This document shows, one piece after another, positions 1 through 10,354 of a stretch of 64,000 nucleotides of DNA (positions are counted from its first letter, which is position 1; each line of letters begins with the position of its first letter). The DNA lies in contig OZ241863.1 in the NCBI GenBank assembly GCA_965203055.1, positions 2,080,001-2,144,000 on the forward strand, written 5' to 3'. The notes beneath the pieces were generated by a model. It did not search any database. It was given only the letters and a program-made list of their open reading frames with translations, and was not told the DNA's origin. The translations under genes were made by a program, and so were the position numbers. The stretch comes from Spirochaetia bacterium (GTDB lineage: Bacteria; Spirochaetota; Spirochaetia; SZUA-6; Bin103).

Positions 1-1
1 G

Positions 2-487
2 GAGGTCGGCATCCGGGTCAACTTCGACCCGATCCCGAACGGCGGCCACTGGGGCATGATTCACAGCGAGACCGGACCGAACGACGAGAAGTTTACCGGC
101 TTGGCGTTTCACAATGCCGGCGGCACGAGCTTCTCGGTCCTGGCCACCCATTTCTGGAACGCGCCCTATCGGCCGTTGTACAGCATGGGTCGGATCCAGG
201 GTTCTCCCGAGGCCCTCGAGGTGGAGCGACTGTTCAACGCGGTCAACTTGCTCGAGGCCAACACTCCCGAGTGGACCGAGGCGCTTCTGGAGCTGGTCTT
301 CTACTGGCAGGAGCAGCTGTGGTTCCTGGACTTCGGCGCCGTTCACGAGTACATGGCATGGCAGCCGTGGGTGAAGGGCAAAGAGGGCATGAGCGGGTTG
401 CAGACCTACCAGTACCACTTCACCAAGTACTTCTGGATCGACGCGGCCCTGAAGAAGGAGCTCAGCGGGCGCGACGCGGACGAATAG
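2..487 (+). CDS. C-terminal part of a peptide/nickel-type (family 5) ABC substrate-binding protein, truncated by the window edge
   Basis: Frame is open from position 2 (EVGIRVNFDP...) and ends ...WQPWVKG...KYFWID; directly upstream of two Dpp/Opp-type permeases. Confidence 0.75.
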   Translation, partial: EVGIRVNFDPIPNGGHWGMIHSETGPNDEKFTGLAFHNAGGTSFSVLATHFWNAPYRPLYSMGRIQGSPEALEVERLFNAVNLLEANTPEWTEALLELVFYWQEQLWFLDFGAVHEYMAWQPWVKGKEGMSGLQTYQYHFTKYFWIDAALKKELSGRDADE

Positions 488-520
488 CGTCTGCCCTGAT
501 CTGATTTGATCTGACCGTTC

Positions 521-552
521 GCGGGGGCCGGGCCGGCTGGTCCGGCCCCCGC
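521..552 (+). terminator. GC-rich stem-loop after the SBP gene (terminator or mRNA-stabilising hairpin)
   Basis: GCGGGGGCCGG (521-531) is the reverse complement of CCGGCCCCCGC (542-552), followed by TTTC. Confidence 0.55.
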
Positions 553-561
553 TTTCGCCCC

Positions 562-1509
562 ATGCAAGCCTACATCATCAGAAGAGTGCTGCTGATCGTG
601 CCGACGATGCTGATCGTCAGCCTCATCGTGTTCCTCTCGATGCGCCTCATCCCCGGGGACGTGCTCGATTACATGGTCTCCGTCAGATACATGGCCGCCG
701 GAGCCATGGAGGCTCTGCGGGAGCAACTGGGCCTGAATCTGCCCGCTCACGTCCAATACGGACGCTGGATCTCCGGCGTGTTTCAGGGCGACTTCGGTGA
801 GACGATGATCACCAGGCTCGCGGTCGAAGAGGTGATCCTCGAGCGGCTGCCGAGGTCGCTGGAGCTGGGCGCCCTGTCCCTGGTGTTCGCGCTGATGATA
901 GCGCTGCCCGTAGGTATCTACTCCGGTCTGAAGCCGGAGTCCGCCGGCGACCAGATACTGCGCAGCATCGCCATTGCTTTCATCTGCATCCCCAGCTTCT
1001 GGCTGGGGACGATGATCCTGGTCCTGCCGGCGGTGTGGTGGCGGTGGTCGCCGCCCATGTTCTGGGTCTCCTTCTGGGAGGATCCGCTCGGCAATCTGGC
1101 CATGTTCATCATCCCCGCCATCGTTCTGGGAATGTGGCTGTCCGGCGTCACCATGCGCCTGACCCGCACGATGATGCTGGAGGTGATGCGGCAGGACTAT
1201 ATCCGCACCGCGTGGGCGAAGGGGCTCAGGGAGCGGGCGGTGGTGGTACGGCACGCGCTGAAGAATGCGCTGAACCCGGTGCTTACCACGATCGGACTGC
1301 AGCTTCCGGTCCTGATCGGCGGCGCGGTCGTGGTGGAGCACATATTCAACATACCCGGCATCGGCTCGCTGGTGGTAAGAACGCTGGAGCAGCGCGACGT
1401 TCCGCTGCTGGCGGGACTGAATCTGATGATGGCGGGATTCGTGTTGCTCGTGAACGTCATCGTCGACATCAGCTACGCCTGGCTCGACCCGCGGATTCAG
1501 TACAAGTGA
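562..1509 (+). CDS. Peptide ABC transporter permease, DppB/OppB-like
   Basis: MQAYIIRR start, EAA-loop region DYIRTAWAKGL, LDPRI end. Confidence 0.92.
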   Translation: MQAYIIRRVLLIVPTMLIVSLIVFLSMRLIPGDVLDYMVSVRYMAAGAMEALREQLGLNLPAHVQYGRWISGVFQGDFGETMITRLAVEEVILERLPRSLELGALSLVFALMIALPVGIYSGLKPESAGDQILRSIAIAFICIPSFWLGTMILVLPAVWWRWSPPMFWVSFWEDPLGNLAMFIIPAIVLGMWLSGVTMRLTRTMMLEVMRQDYIRTAWAKGLRERAVVVRHALKNALNPVLTTIGLQLPVLIGGAVVVEHIFNIPGIGSLVVRTLEQRDVPLLAGLNLMMAGFVLLVNVIVDISYAWLDPRIQYK

Positions 1510-2480
1510 GCGGTTCGGCTGCACCGGAGGCTGCTCCGAAGGCTGCTCCGAGAAAAGGGTCGCTACGCGACCTGCTGCCGCGTCTGTTTCGGGAAAAGAA
1601 GCTGGGCGCCGTCGGCTTGATCATCGTACTGGTGTTCTTCCTGGTGGGCGTGTTTGCTGACGTTATCGCCACCCACGACCTCAGAGACCAGAATCTCAGG
1701 CGCGCGCTCGAAGGACCATCGGCCGAGTTTCCGCTCGGCACCGACCAGTTTGGGCGCGACCTGCTGACCCGCGTCGTCTACGGGGCGCGCGTCTCCATGA
1801 TCGTGGGAGTGGGAGCCGTCGCCATCGGCCTGGTCATCGCCCTCTTCTTCGGTCTGCTGTCCGGTTACTGGGGTGGCACGTTCGACCTGATCGTGCAGCG
1901 ATTCGTCGATGCCTGGCTCACCTTCCCGTGGCTGTTCATCGTGCTGACCGTGATGTCGCTCATCGGTCAGGGGCTGGTGCCAATGGTGATCGTCCTGGGC
2001 GCGTTTACCGGCATCGGCAACATCCGTACCGTGCGGGGCGTGGTGCTGAGCACCAAGCAGGACGCGTACGTGGAGGCGGCGCGGGCGGTCGGCGCGGGGA
2101 CATGGCGCATCCTGCTCCGCCACGTCCTGCCGCAGGTCTGGCCGCCGGTGATCGTCGTGTTCACCATCTCTCTCGGCGCGGTGATCCTGAGCGAGTCGAC
2201 GATCAGCTTCCTCGGCTTCGGCATTCCGCCGCCGCAGCCGAGCTGGGGCGGCATGCTGAGTCTGGAAGGCCGCCGGTTCATGGAGCGGGCGCCGCTGCTG
2301 GCGATCTGGCCCGGTCTGTCGCTGGCGATCGTGGTGTACGGCATCAACATGTTCGGCGATGCCCTGCGCGACCTGCTCGACCCCCGGCTGACCGGCGGCG
2401 CCGGGCGTTTGCGCGCGGCGAAGGTTCGCAAGTCCGCCGGCCGGACGTCCAAGCCGCCGGCCCCGCCAGCAGCTTCGTGA
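1506..2480 (+). CDS. Peptide ABC transporter permease, DppC/OppC-like
   Basis: GTG overlaps the upstream stop; LGTDQFGRDLL, YVEAARAVGA, PSWGGML, GDALRDLLDPR motifs. Confidence 0.92.
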   Translation: MSGSAAPEAAPKAAPRKGSLRDLLPRLFREKKLGAVGLIIVLVFFLVGVFADVIATHDLRDQNLRRALEGPSAEFPLGTDQFGRDLLTRVVYGARVSMIVGVGAVAIGLVIALFFGLLSGYWGGTFDLIVQRFVDAWLTFPWLFIVLTVMSLIGQGLVPMVIVLGAFTGIGNIRTVRGVVLSTKQDAYVEAARAVGAGTWRILLRHVLPQVWPPVIVVFTISLGAVILSESTISFLGFGIPPPQPSWGGMLSLEGRRFMERAPLLAIWPGLSLAIVVYGINMFGDALRDLLDPRLTGGAGRLRAAKVRKSAGRTSKPPAPPAAS

Positions 2481-2538
2481 CTCCGTTCGTTCGTCCGTGA
2501 CGTGGCAACCGTGATGCGGATCAGGCTATAGTCGGAGC

Positions 2539-3477
2539 ATGCGGATCAACCGGAGCATCGAGCTGTTGGCGGACGGGCAGCCGATCTACTACGTGGGCGG
2601 CCACACCGGACTCGCCGGCACCTTTCACCGGCGCCCCAAGGACACGCTCACCGGGTCGCACTCGCCGGTCCTTACCTATGAGCAGGGCGGCACCGACGCC
2701 GGCCACTGGGCCGATTATCTCAACGTCGGCTTCGAGCACGGAGCGTTCAATCTCGCCGGCCTCGACGACTACCTGCACGGCATGGTGGATGCCGGGCCAA
2801 CGCGCAGCGGCCACCGCACGCCGACCATCATCGTCGAGGCGCCGGTCAACGGCATCTCACGCGCGGTGGTGGAGGCCAACGCCTGGCAGTTCCAGCAGAT
2901 TCTGGCGCGCGGCGCGCATGGCGTGATTCTGTGCAAGGCCAACACGCCCGAGGCGGTGGCGGCGTTCGTGGAGGCGTGCCGCTATCCGATCAACCGCCTC
3001 GGGGTGGGAACGGGCCTCGGCGCCGGCCAGCGCGGCTTCGCCTCGGAAGACAGCGCCGGGCACGTGTGGGGCCTGGACACCGAAGCCTATATCGCGCGGG
3101 CCGAGCCGTGGCCGCTGAACCCGGACGGCGAGCTGTTCCTGGGCATCAAGATCGAATCGAAGGCGGCGCTCCCCTACGTCGAGGAGATCATGCAGGTGCC
3201 GGGCGTGGGATTCGCGGAAGTGGGGCCGCGCGACATGGCGCTGACGCTCGGCTACCGGACGCTGTCCGATCCGTGGCCGCAGGAGATGGTGGAAATCGAA
3301 CAGCGCGTCAAGGAGGCGTGCGCGGCTTCGGGCGTCTACTTCCACCCCTACACCGGGTTCTCCGCGCCCGCCGACGCACCGGCGTGGATCGACCGGGGCA
3401 CCATGATCTTTACCGCACCCAGCGAGGAACTGGCCCGCATCGGGCGCGCCCATTCCAAGCGCGTCATGCCGGTCTGA
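2539..3477 (+). CDS. HpcH/HpaI aldolase/citrate lyase family protein
   Basis: LNVGFEHG, ARGAHGVIL, IKIES, EVGPRDM motifs typical of the family. Confidence 0.7.
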   Translation: MRINRSIELLADGQPIYYVGGHTGLAGTFHRRPKDTLTGSHSPVLTYEQGGTDAGHWADYLNVGFEHGAFNLAGLDDYLHGMVDAGPTRSGHRTPTIIVEAPVNGISRAVVEANAWQFQQILARGAHGVILCKANTPEAVAAFVEACRYPINRLGVGTGLGAGQRGFASEDSAGHVWGLDTEAYIARAEPWPLNPDGELFLGIKIESKAALPYVEEIMQVPGVGFAEVGPRDMALTLGYRTLSDPWPQEMVEIEQRVKEACAASGVYFHPYTGFSAPADAPAWIDRGTMIFTAPSEELARIGRAHSKRVMPV

Positions 3478-3508
3478 AGACGCGGCAAGCCCTGAAGGAG
3501 GTAACCAA

Positions 3509-3937
3509 ATGGGGGAATCCGCTACCGGAGTCCGTTTCGACCACGTTCATCTGCTCAGTGAGGACCCGCGCGCCGCGGCGCGCTGGTACGAGGAAATCCT
3601 CGGCGGCAGCATCACCGACCAGTCGGAGGTGCTGGGGGCGCCGCAGTTCGCCGTCCGGCTCGGCGGCATGCGGCTGCTGATCCGCGGCCGCCGGCCCGGC
3701 GAGGCGCCGGCGGCGGCCAACCCGATGCGGCAGTACACCGGCTACGCCAGCCACAACCGGTGGGGCACCGACCACTTCGGCTACGACTACCACGGCGACC
3801 TGCGCGCCTTCTGCGAGGAGATTCGCGCCAAGGGCGCCACCTTCGCCGCCGAACCGTGGGAGTTCAGCCCCGGGAACGTGATCTGCTTCCTGCAGGCCCC
3901 CGACAACGTCAGCATCGAGCTGATGCAGGCCCAATAG
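3509..3937 (+). CDS. VOC/glyoxalase family protein
   Basis: FDHVHL...WYEEILG, DHFG, FLQAPDNVSIELMQ; AAGGAGG RBS. Confidence 0.85.
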   Translation: MGESATGVRFDHVHLLSEDPRAAARWYEEILGGSITDQSEVLGAPQFAVRLGGMRLLIRGRRPGEAPAAANPMRQYTGYASHNRWGTDHFGYDYHGDLRAFCEEIRAKGATFAAEPWEFSPGNVICFLQAPDNVSIELMQAQ

Positions 3938-3978
3938 CATAGCGCGGGCGCGCCGGCCGCTCCCCCCGGCGCGGCGCC

Positions 3979-5166
3979 CTACCCGCGCGCCAGCACGGGC
4001 GGGGCCAAGTCGCCAATCGAGCCGCTGAGGTCGTCGTCCGGCTGCGCGCGGCGGCCGTTGAGATGGCCCGGATTCGCGGTCGCCGGCAGCGGCGTGTCGT
4101 ACTGGTAACCCGGCTCGATCTGCTGGCGCTTCCAGGTGGCGCGCAGCTCCCGGAACGCGCCGAGCGCGCCCTTCGCCGCCGGCAGGTCGAAGGCAATTGC
4201 CCGGCGCAGCTTGCGCAGGTTGTAGCACGGCACGCCGGCGTACATGTGGTGTTCCAGGTGCCAGTTCATGCGCCAGTACATGAACGATGAGAGCGGATCG
4301 AGCCGGATGCTGCGCGTGCACTTGCGGAAGTCGGCCACGTTGTCGCGCAGACCGCAGTGCATCGGCAGGAACACCACGCAGCGCCACCAGTTCATGATGA
4401 AGCGGGACAGCGTGATGAACACCGGCAGCAGCCAGAGCTGAAACACGACCGCGGCCGCGATCACCGCGGCGTGGAACAGCAGGATCTTGCGCGCCCAGCG
4501 CACCGCCTTGATCCGTTCCTCGGGGTGCGCCTGGTACAGCGCCGCCAGCCACTCGCGGGCGGCCGGCGTCAGCGGCTCGCCGTCGGCGGCGGCGGCGTTC
4601 GCGTCCAGCGGCCGGCCCAACGCCGTGCGCACCGTGTCCCGGACGCGGAAGATCAGTCCGTCACTGCCCAGCCCGCCGGTCAGGTTGATGCAGAACATCT
4701 GCAGCACGAACAGCGCGCGCACCGCCGCCGACTGCGGCAGCACCACCTCGCGGTCGCCGTCCGGGTGCAGCGTGTAGCGGTGGTGGTAGGTGTGGCTCAG
4801 GGCGTAGTCGTGAGGGTTGAACCAGGTAATCAGCGAGAACAGCCGCAAAAAGAACCGGTTGAGCGCCTTGGTGCGGAACACCGTGCCGTGATCGAGTTCG
4901 TGCGACGCGGCGCCCAGAAAGCAGGCGAAGGTCCCGTAAGCGAACAGGGAAACGGCAAACGCCGCCCACTGCTGCTGCGCGAAGAAGTGGTAGCTCAGCA
5001 GTGCGGTGCCGGTCAGGTAACCGATCACTCCCAGCGTCTGCCACCAGCCCTGCAGATCGCTGCGCCGCATGAGCTGCCGCAACAGCCCCGGATCGATCGG
5101 GCTCCGATACCACTTGACGCGCAACGTACGGCGCACGTCAGCCAACGGAGGGCGCGTACCGCTCAT
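3979..5166 (-). CDS. Fatty acid desaturase family protein
   Basis: Three His boxes HELDH, HTYHH, HLEHH with hydrophobic segments. Confidence 0.85.
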   Translation of the reverse strand: MSGTRPPLADVRRTLRVKWYRSPIDPGLLRQLMRRSDLQGWWQTLGVIGYLTGTALLSYHFFAQQQWAAFAVSLFAYGTFACFLGAASHELDHGTVFRTKALNRFFLRLFSLITWFNPHDYALSHTYHHRYTLHPDGDREVVLPQSAAVRALFVLQMFCINLTGGLGSDGLIFRVRDTVRTALGRPLDANAAAADGEPLTPAAREWLAALYQAHPEERIKAVRWARKILLFHAAVIAAAVVFQLWLLPVFITLSRFIMNWWRCVVFLPMHCGLRDNVADFRKCTRSIRLDPLSSFMYWRMNWHLEHHMYAGVPCYNLRKLRRAIAFDLPAAKGALGAFRELRATWKRQQIEPGYQYDTPLPATANPGHLNGRRAQPDDDLSGSIGDLAPPVLARG

Positions 5167-5228
5167 GACGACCAGCGTTACCGCTCCCCGCCCCAACCGT
5201 CAAGCCGGCGTCGTACCATCAGCTTAAG

Positions 5229-5666
5229 CTAACGCTGGCCGCCGCCGGCGTTCGAGTGCGAATCGCTCGCGCGTTGCTCCGGCTCGGCCAATCTGACGGC
5301 TGAGCACGAGTCGGCGAACGACACGATCAGGCGAAGGTAGGCGTTGTAGCGCGCATACGCCAAGTCGCCTTCGGTGGAGGAGAGCAACCGATAGAGCCGG
5401 AACTCCGGGTCGGGTTGGGTGTTCGTCACCGGCACGCCCTCACGCCGCAGCCGCGGGGCCGCCAGCGACACCAGCAGGCTCGCGACGCTGGTGCGGCCGC
5501 AAGCCAGGTCAGCCAATCCCTCATCGACCAGGGCGCCGCCCGGCAGCCCGAGGTCGGCAAACCGACTCGCTCCAAATCGCCCGCGCACCCCGCCCGCGCC
5601 GGCCGCGAGGCCCGTCCTCCCATCCGATTCCTTGCTAGCGCTCATACCCGTATACTCCATGGACAT
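5229..5666 (-). CDS. Conserved small hypothetical protein (recalled as a partner of nucleotidyltransferase-type TA genes); start uncertain
   Basis: LPGGALVDEGLADL...SLLVSLAAPRLRR...PEFRLYRLL...AYARYNAYLRLIVSF resembles a recurrent small family. Confidence 0.5.
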   Translation of the reverse strand: MSMEYTGMSASKESDGRTGLAAGAGGVRGRFGASRFADLGLPGGALVDEGLADLACGRTSVASLLVSLAAPRLRREGVPVTNTQPDPEFRLYRLLSSTEGDLAYARYNAYLRLIVSFADSCSAVRLAEPEQRASDSHSNAGGGQR

Positions 5667-5741
5667 ACGCCAAGCCCGATCGCATCTCTGAGCTTGGCCA
5701 CCCTATACAATCATCCCCTGACGGTATATCGTCAAACATTG

Positions 5742-6650
5742 ATGGACGGCACTGGCGCGTACAGCGACTTCACGACCCGCCTGAAGCTGTTGATCGGGAA
5801 GCGGCCTGACCTAATCACCACGACGCTCAGCAATATCTTTACGATGAGGCTGATCGGAAACAAGACCCACGGCGACTTGGCCGAGATCGCGGTATCCGAG
5901 TTCATCAACCAGTATATGTATGACTTTCGCTCCGTCCACGTAGGCAAGGACCGGTATCGAAAAAAAAACTCAGGAGGAAGACATCCTGATCACCAATGAG
6001 ATCACCAAAGCCGAGTTTCCGGTTAGTCTCAAGGCGTATGGCTACGGTGATCTGCAACTATCAACGGACAAGAATCATTTAATGTATACTCGTCTGAAAA
6101 ATGAAGGAAAAAAATTGTCGGTAAAAAGGTTAAGAAGATCCTCGACGAGAAGGTTTTCTCCGGTTTCAATAATATACTTTCTTTGATCTACGACGAGAAG
6201 AATAAACGTTGTAACATTCTAGTGTTCGACTACGCTCGCGCCCGCAGCTCTACCGTAAAGATCATTCGTGAGGAACCTGGACGACGAAGGAAACATCCCG
6301 TGTACCGGTTCTACGATGCGGATAGTCGCTACATATGTGAAGTTCGTTACGGCGGCACAGACGCGAACGCACTTCAGAGAGGACTCTGGACCAACACGAG
6401 GAACGGTATCGAGTATTTCGAAAGCATCACCAACGGCTGGATATGCTACTCCCACAATCACACTCTGGTGAAACTGTTTTCACACGCTCTCGTCGCATCA
6501 GATACCGGCCACACAGCTGCACTTCCGAAGATTAGTGAAGACATTGCTCAATTGAAGCGGGGATTGGGGCCGCGGCCGCGGCGGCGACGGCGCAGGCGGA
6601 AGCGAAGCAGACCGCTGCGGCAGTGCCGGTCAGGGCGGTGGCTGAGGTGA
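5742..6650 (+). pseudogene. Putative type II restriction endonuclease interrupted by two compensating frameshifts
   Basis: Low-GC coding sequence; restoring A9 (5960-5968) and A7 (6108-6114) to A8 each gives one continuous ORF with a PD-(D/E)xK-like EEDI...PVSLKAY segment; stop overlaps the methylase start (GTGA). Confidence 0.6.
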
Positions 6651-7781
6651 GCAACCTGTCGCTGTTTTCGGATATCGTCGTCGATGCTCCCGTCACGGAA
6701 GGGATCAAGTACGCCGGCTCCAAACTCAGGCTGCTCCCGCACATCCTCGAGATGGCGAAACGGACCGAGGCGCGGACCGTCCTCGATGGTTTCTCGGGAT
6801 CGACCCGCGTGTCCCAAGCCTTCACCAAGGCGGGGTATCGGGTCATCAGCAATGACGTGGCCGTCTGGTCGGAGGTCCTCGCGACGTGCTATCTCCTGAA
6901 CCGAAAGCCTGGAGCGCATTACTCCCCGCTGATCGAGCACCTGAATGCCGTTCGACCAAGGGACGGTTGGTTCACGGAACACTACGGCGGCGCCCCGAAC
7001 GGCGGCCTCTCCGTCCAATCGGACGGTCTCAAGAAGCCCTGGCAGATTCACAATACTCGCAAGCTGGATGGCATCCGTGAAGAGATCGACTCACTCGGAC
7101 TATCCTCGACCGAGCGCGCGGTAGTTCTGGCGAGCTTGATGCTGGCGCTGGACCGAGTGGACAAATACCCTCGGTCATTTCGTCTCATATCTCCGCGAGT
7201 GGTCGCCCCGATCATACGACACCTTGCACCTCAGGATACCGGAACTGTTCATCCCGAATGACGGCAATGAAGTGGTGCGCGGGGACGTGTTCGACGTCGC
7301 CGGGCGCAGCGTCGACCTCGCCTACTTCGATCCGCCGTACGGTTCCAACAACGAGAAGATGCCGCCTTCACGGATCCGATACGCGTCCTATTATCATCTT
7401 TGGACTACCGTCTGTCTGAACGACTCGCCGGCGCTGGTCGGCAAGGCGTTGCGGCGCACCGATACGGCGGATGCCGTCGCCGCTTCGGTGTTCGAGGAAT
7501 TCCAGCGGAATCCGTCGTCGGGACGGTTTCTGGCGGTCGAGGCAATCGAACGGCTGATCCGATCCACGGCGGCGCGCTGGATCATCCTCTCGTACAGTTC
7601 GGGAGGCCGCGCGACCGCCGAGGATCTTTACGACCTGCTGCACGCAAACGGCAGAGTCATCGACATCATGGAGCTGGACCACCGGCGCAACGTTACGGCG
7701 GGCATGAAGTGGACCAACGCCTGGCTGCGCGATGCGGGCGCGCCCAACCGCGAGTTCCTCTTCCTGATCGACAGAGGATAG
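6647..7781 (+). pseudogene. D12-class N6-adenine DNA methyltransferase with a +1 frameshift near 7163-7165
   Basis: IKYAGSKLRLL, VLDGFSGS (motif I) in ORF 6623-7261 and YFDPPY (motif IV) in ORF 7224-7781; deleting one A joins them via LDRVDNTLGHFVSYLREWSPRSY. Confidence 0.82.
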
Positions 7782-7899
7782 CCCTCGGCACACATGATCC
7801 GGTTCGCGGCATTGCCGGTCGGGCGGACGGTTGCTTGATGCCAATTCCTACACCCGACCGACCCTACCAGCCGCCAAAGTTCAGGTTAACGCTTATCGG

Positions 7900-8157
7900 T
7901 CACGAGGCGCGGGCAGGCGCCGCAGAGCGAGTCCGTGACAGCCATCGCAGGAGTCGCTGCGCTTCGACGAATCCGCCGCGGTCAGCGCAGGATATGATGC
8001 GGCGCAGCACCATCCGCGCCACCGCTTCCTGTTCCAGGTCGGGATGTTCCTTGAGGTCCCACAGACACTCCTCCCGATAGCGCGTCACGAGAGCCCGCAG
8101 CCGGCGCCGGAAATCGGCAGCGTCATGGAGTTCGCGGTTGGCTGCCGGATCGGGCAT
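7900..8157 (-). CDS. Small hypothetical protein, possible orphan antitoxin of a nucleotidyltransferase TA pair
   Basis: LVTRYREECLWDL...MVLRRI...DRGGFVEAQRLLRWLSR pattern; an overlapping short frame starts MAVTD and stops early. Confidence 0.45.
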   Translation of the reverse strand: MPDPAANRELHDAADFRRRLRALVTRYREECLWDLKEHPDLEQEAVARMVLRRIISCADRGGFVEAQRLLRWLSRTRSAAPARAS

Positions 8158-8282
8158 GGCACCGCTATACCATTATTCCGCCGCGAGGACCAGTACCGGC
8201 AGCGAGCCCTACTCCGCCCTGAACCAGCGCCCGCTGCCTTGCTTGCGGCTCGCCGCGGCCGATGCCACTATGCCGGCGCATG

Positions 8283-9350
8283 ATGCCTCGCACGACCCGA
8301 GTGGCCGCGCTCGACGGCCATGGCCGCGGCACGCTGATCGAACGCGGCGTGCCCGAGCTTGCCGCCGGCCACGTGCTGGTGGCGGTGCGCGCTTCCATGA
8401 TCAGCCCCGGCACCGAGCTGAGCCGCGCCAAGCGGTTCCGCGCCGCGCCTGACCCTGACGTCGCGGCGCGGCCGTTCGGCTACTCCAACGCCGGCACGGT
8501 GGCCGCGGCCGGAGCCGGCGTCACCCGCTTCCGCGCCGGAGACCGGGTTGCCTGCATGGGCGGCGGGATGGCTTTCCACGCCGACTACGCGGTGGTGCCG
8601 CAGAACCTGTGCGCGCCGATTCCGGCGGAGGTGAGCTTCGACCACGCCGCCGCGGTGCACTTGGCCGCCACCGCGCTCAACGCCATCCGCCGCACGGCGC
8701 CGCAGTTCGGCGAGAACGGCATCGTGGCCGGCCTGGGCATCGTGGGCCAGCTCTGCTGCCAGTTGTTCCAGGCGTCGGGCTGTCACGTCATGGCTATGGA
8801 TCCCCTGGCGGGCAGGCGCGCCATCGCGCACCTCGCCGGCGCCGAGGGTGAGGTGGACCCGGCTGCCGAGAACGTGACCGCCGCGGCGCAGCGCTTCTCC
8901 GGCGGCTTCGGGATCGACTTCGGCGTGATCGCCTTTGGCGGCGACGCCTCCGCCGCCTTCCGGCAGCTCTACGAGGCGCTGCGGGAACGGCCCGACAGCC
9001 ACCATACCGGGCGCATCGTCATCGTCGGCGGCGCGCGCGTCAGCCACGGTTTCGGCGCCGCGCTCGGCAACGTCGACGTCCGCAGCGCGGCGCGCACCGG
9101 ACCCGGCTATCATGACGGCCGATGGGAGGCGGGCGCCGACTACCCGCCGGTGCTGGTGGAGTGGAACACCGGGCGCAACATGATGGAGTCGTTGCGGGCG
9201 ATGGCCGACGGGCGCCTGCGCGTGGAACCTTTGATCACCCACCGCTTTCCCCTCGACCGCGTGGCCGAGGCGGTGGACCTGCTGGTCGAGCGGCCGGAGG
9301 CCGCAGTGGGCGTGGTGCTGCAGCCGCAGGTGGCACCGGGAGGCGAATGA
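8283..9350 (+). CDS. Zinc-binding alcohol dehydrogenase (MDR) family protein
   Basis: SMISPGTEL, GYSNAGTV, GDRVAC, GLGIVG Rossmann motif, LITHRFPL. Confidence 0.88.
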   Translation: MPRTTRVAALDGHGRGTLIERGVPELAAGHVLVAVRASMISPGTELSRAKRFRAAPDPDVAARPFGYSNAGTVAAAGAGVTRFRAGDRVACMGGGMAFHADYAVVPQNLCAPIPAEVSFDHAAAVHLAATALNAIRRTAPQFGENGIVAGLGIVGQLCCQLFQASGCHVMAMDPLAGRRAIAHLAGAEGEVDPAAENVTAAAQRFSGGFGIDFGVIAFGGDASAAFRQLYEALRERPDSHHTGRIVIVGGARVSHGFGAALGNVDVRSAARTGPGYHDGRWEAGADYPPVLVEWNTGRNMMESLRAMADGRLRVEPLITHRFPLDRVAEAVDLLVERPEAAVGVVLQPQVAPGGE

Positions 9351-9356
9351 ACCGTG

Positions 9357-10346
9357 ATGGAGCTGCCCCGGCTTACCACCGACCTGGAACGCTGCAAGGC
9401 GGACCTGGAGCGTTGCGGCTACTGCCTGCTGGCGGAGGCGTTGCCGCCGGCGCAGTTGCAGGAGGCGCGCGCACGGCTCAGCGCCCAGGCCGCGGCCGAA
9501 CGCGAGCAGGGCGTGGCCTACATGGACGGCGCGCCCGACCAGCGCTGGGGCGCGTTTACCGACGCCGGCGGCAAGGTGCGCGCGCAGGACTTCGCGGTCG
9601 GCGCCGGCGGCATGAGCCAGCGCCTGTTCATGCTGCTCAACAAGGGCCGGATCTTCGGTGACATCGTGCTCATGGAGCAGGCCCTGGAACTGGTCGGCCA
9701 CGTGCTCGGCGCGCACTACCAGCTCTCCTGCAGCACCGCCAACATCATCGGCACGGGCGCCGCGCCGATGGAACTGCACACCGATGCCTGGTGGATGCCG
9801 CCGCCGGTGCCCCACGGCCGCTTCGGGCTGCCCGTCGGGTCGATTACCCGCGCCGAGGCGGGCGAGGCGCCCTCCCCCGCCCCCATGATCGCGCCGCCGG
9901 CGTGCGTCAACAGCATGTGGCTGCTGGCGGACTTCCACGCCGCCAACGGCGCCACCCGGGTGGTGCCTGGCAGCCACCTGAGCGGGCGCCAGCCGAAGCC
10001 GGCGCTCTATTCCGAAGAAGACCTGGTCGCAATCGAGGCCCCGGCCGGCAGCGCGATGTTCTTCGAAGGCCGGCTGTGGCACGGCTCCGGCACCAACCGC
10101 ACCGACCAACCGCGGATGGGCCTGCTCAACACCTACTGCGGTCCCCAGTTCCGGCCGCAGGAGAACTACACCCTCGGCCTGCTGCCGGAGGTGCTCGCCG
10201 CTGCCCCGTTGCGCCTCAAGGAGCTGGTCGGCCTCAAGGTGTGGAACGGATACGGCCGCTTCGATACCCCGGCGGTCGATCTGATTGACCGTGACCAGCT
10301 CGTCGGCGAACTGACCCCCAGCTCAGCGGCGAGCCTCGCCCGGTAG
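9357..10346 (+). CDS. Phytanoyl-CoA dioxygenase (PhyH) family protein
   Basis: LHTD (HxD), NGATRVVPGSH, LWHGSGTN, FRPQEN. Confidence 0.9.
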   Translation: MELPRLTTDLERCKADLERCGYCLLAEALPPAQLQEARARLSAQAAAEREQGVAYMDGAPDQRWGAFTDAGGKVRAQDFAVGAGGMSQRLFMLLNKGRIFGDIVLMEQALELVGHVLGAHYQLSCSTANIIGTGAAPMELHTDAWWMPPPVPHGRFGLPVGSITRAEAGEAPSPAPMIAPPACVNSMWLLADFHAANGATRVVPGSHLSGRQPKPALYSEEDLVAIEAPAGSAMFFEGRLWHGSGTNRTDQPRMGLLNTYCGPQFRPQENYTLGLLPEVLAAAPLRLKELVGLKVWNGYGRFDTPAVDLIDRDQLVGELTPSSAASLAR

Positions 10347-10354
10347 CGAACGGC

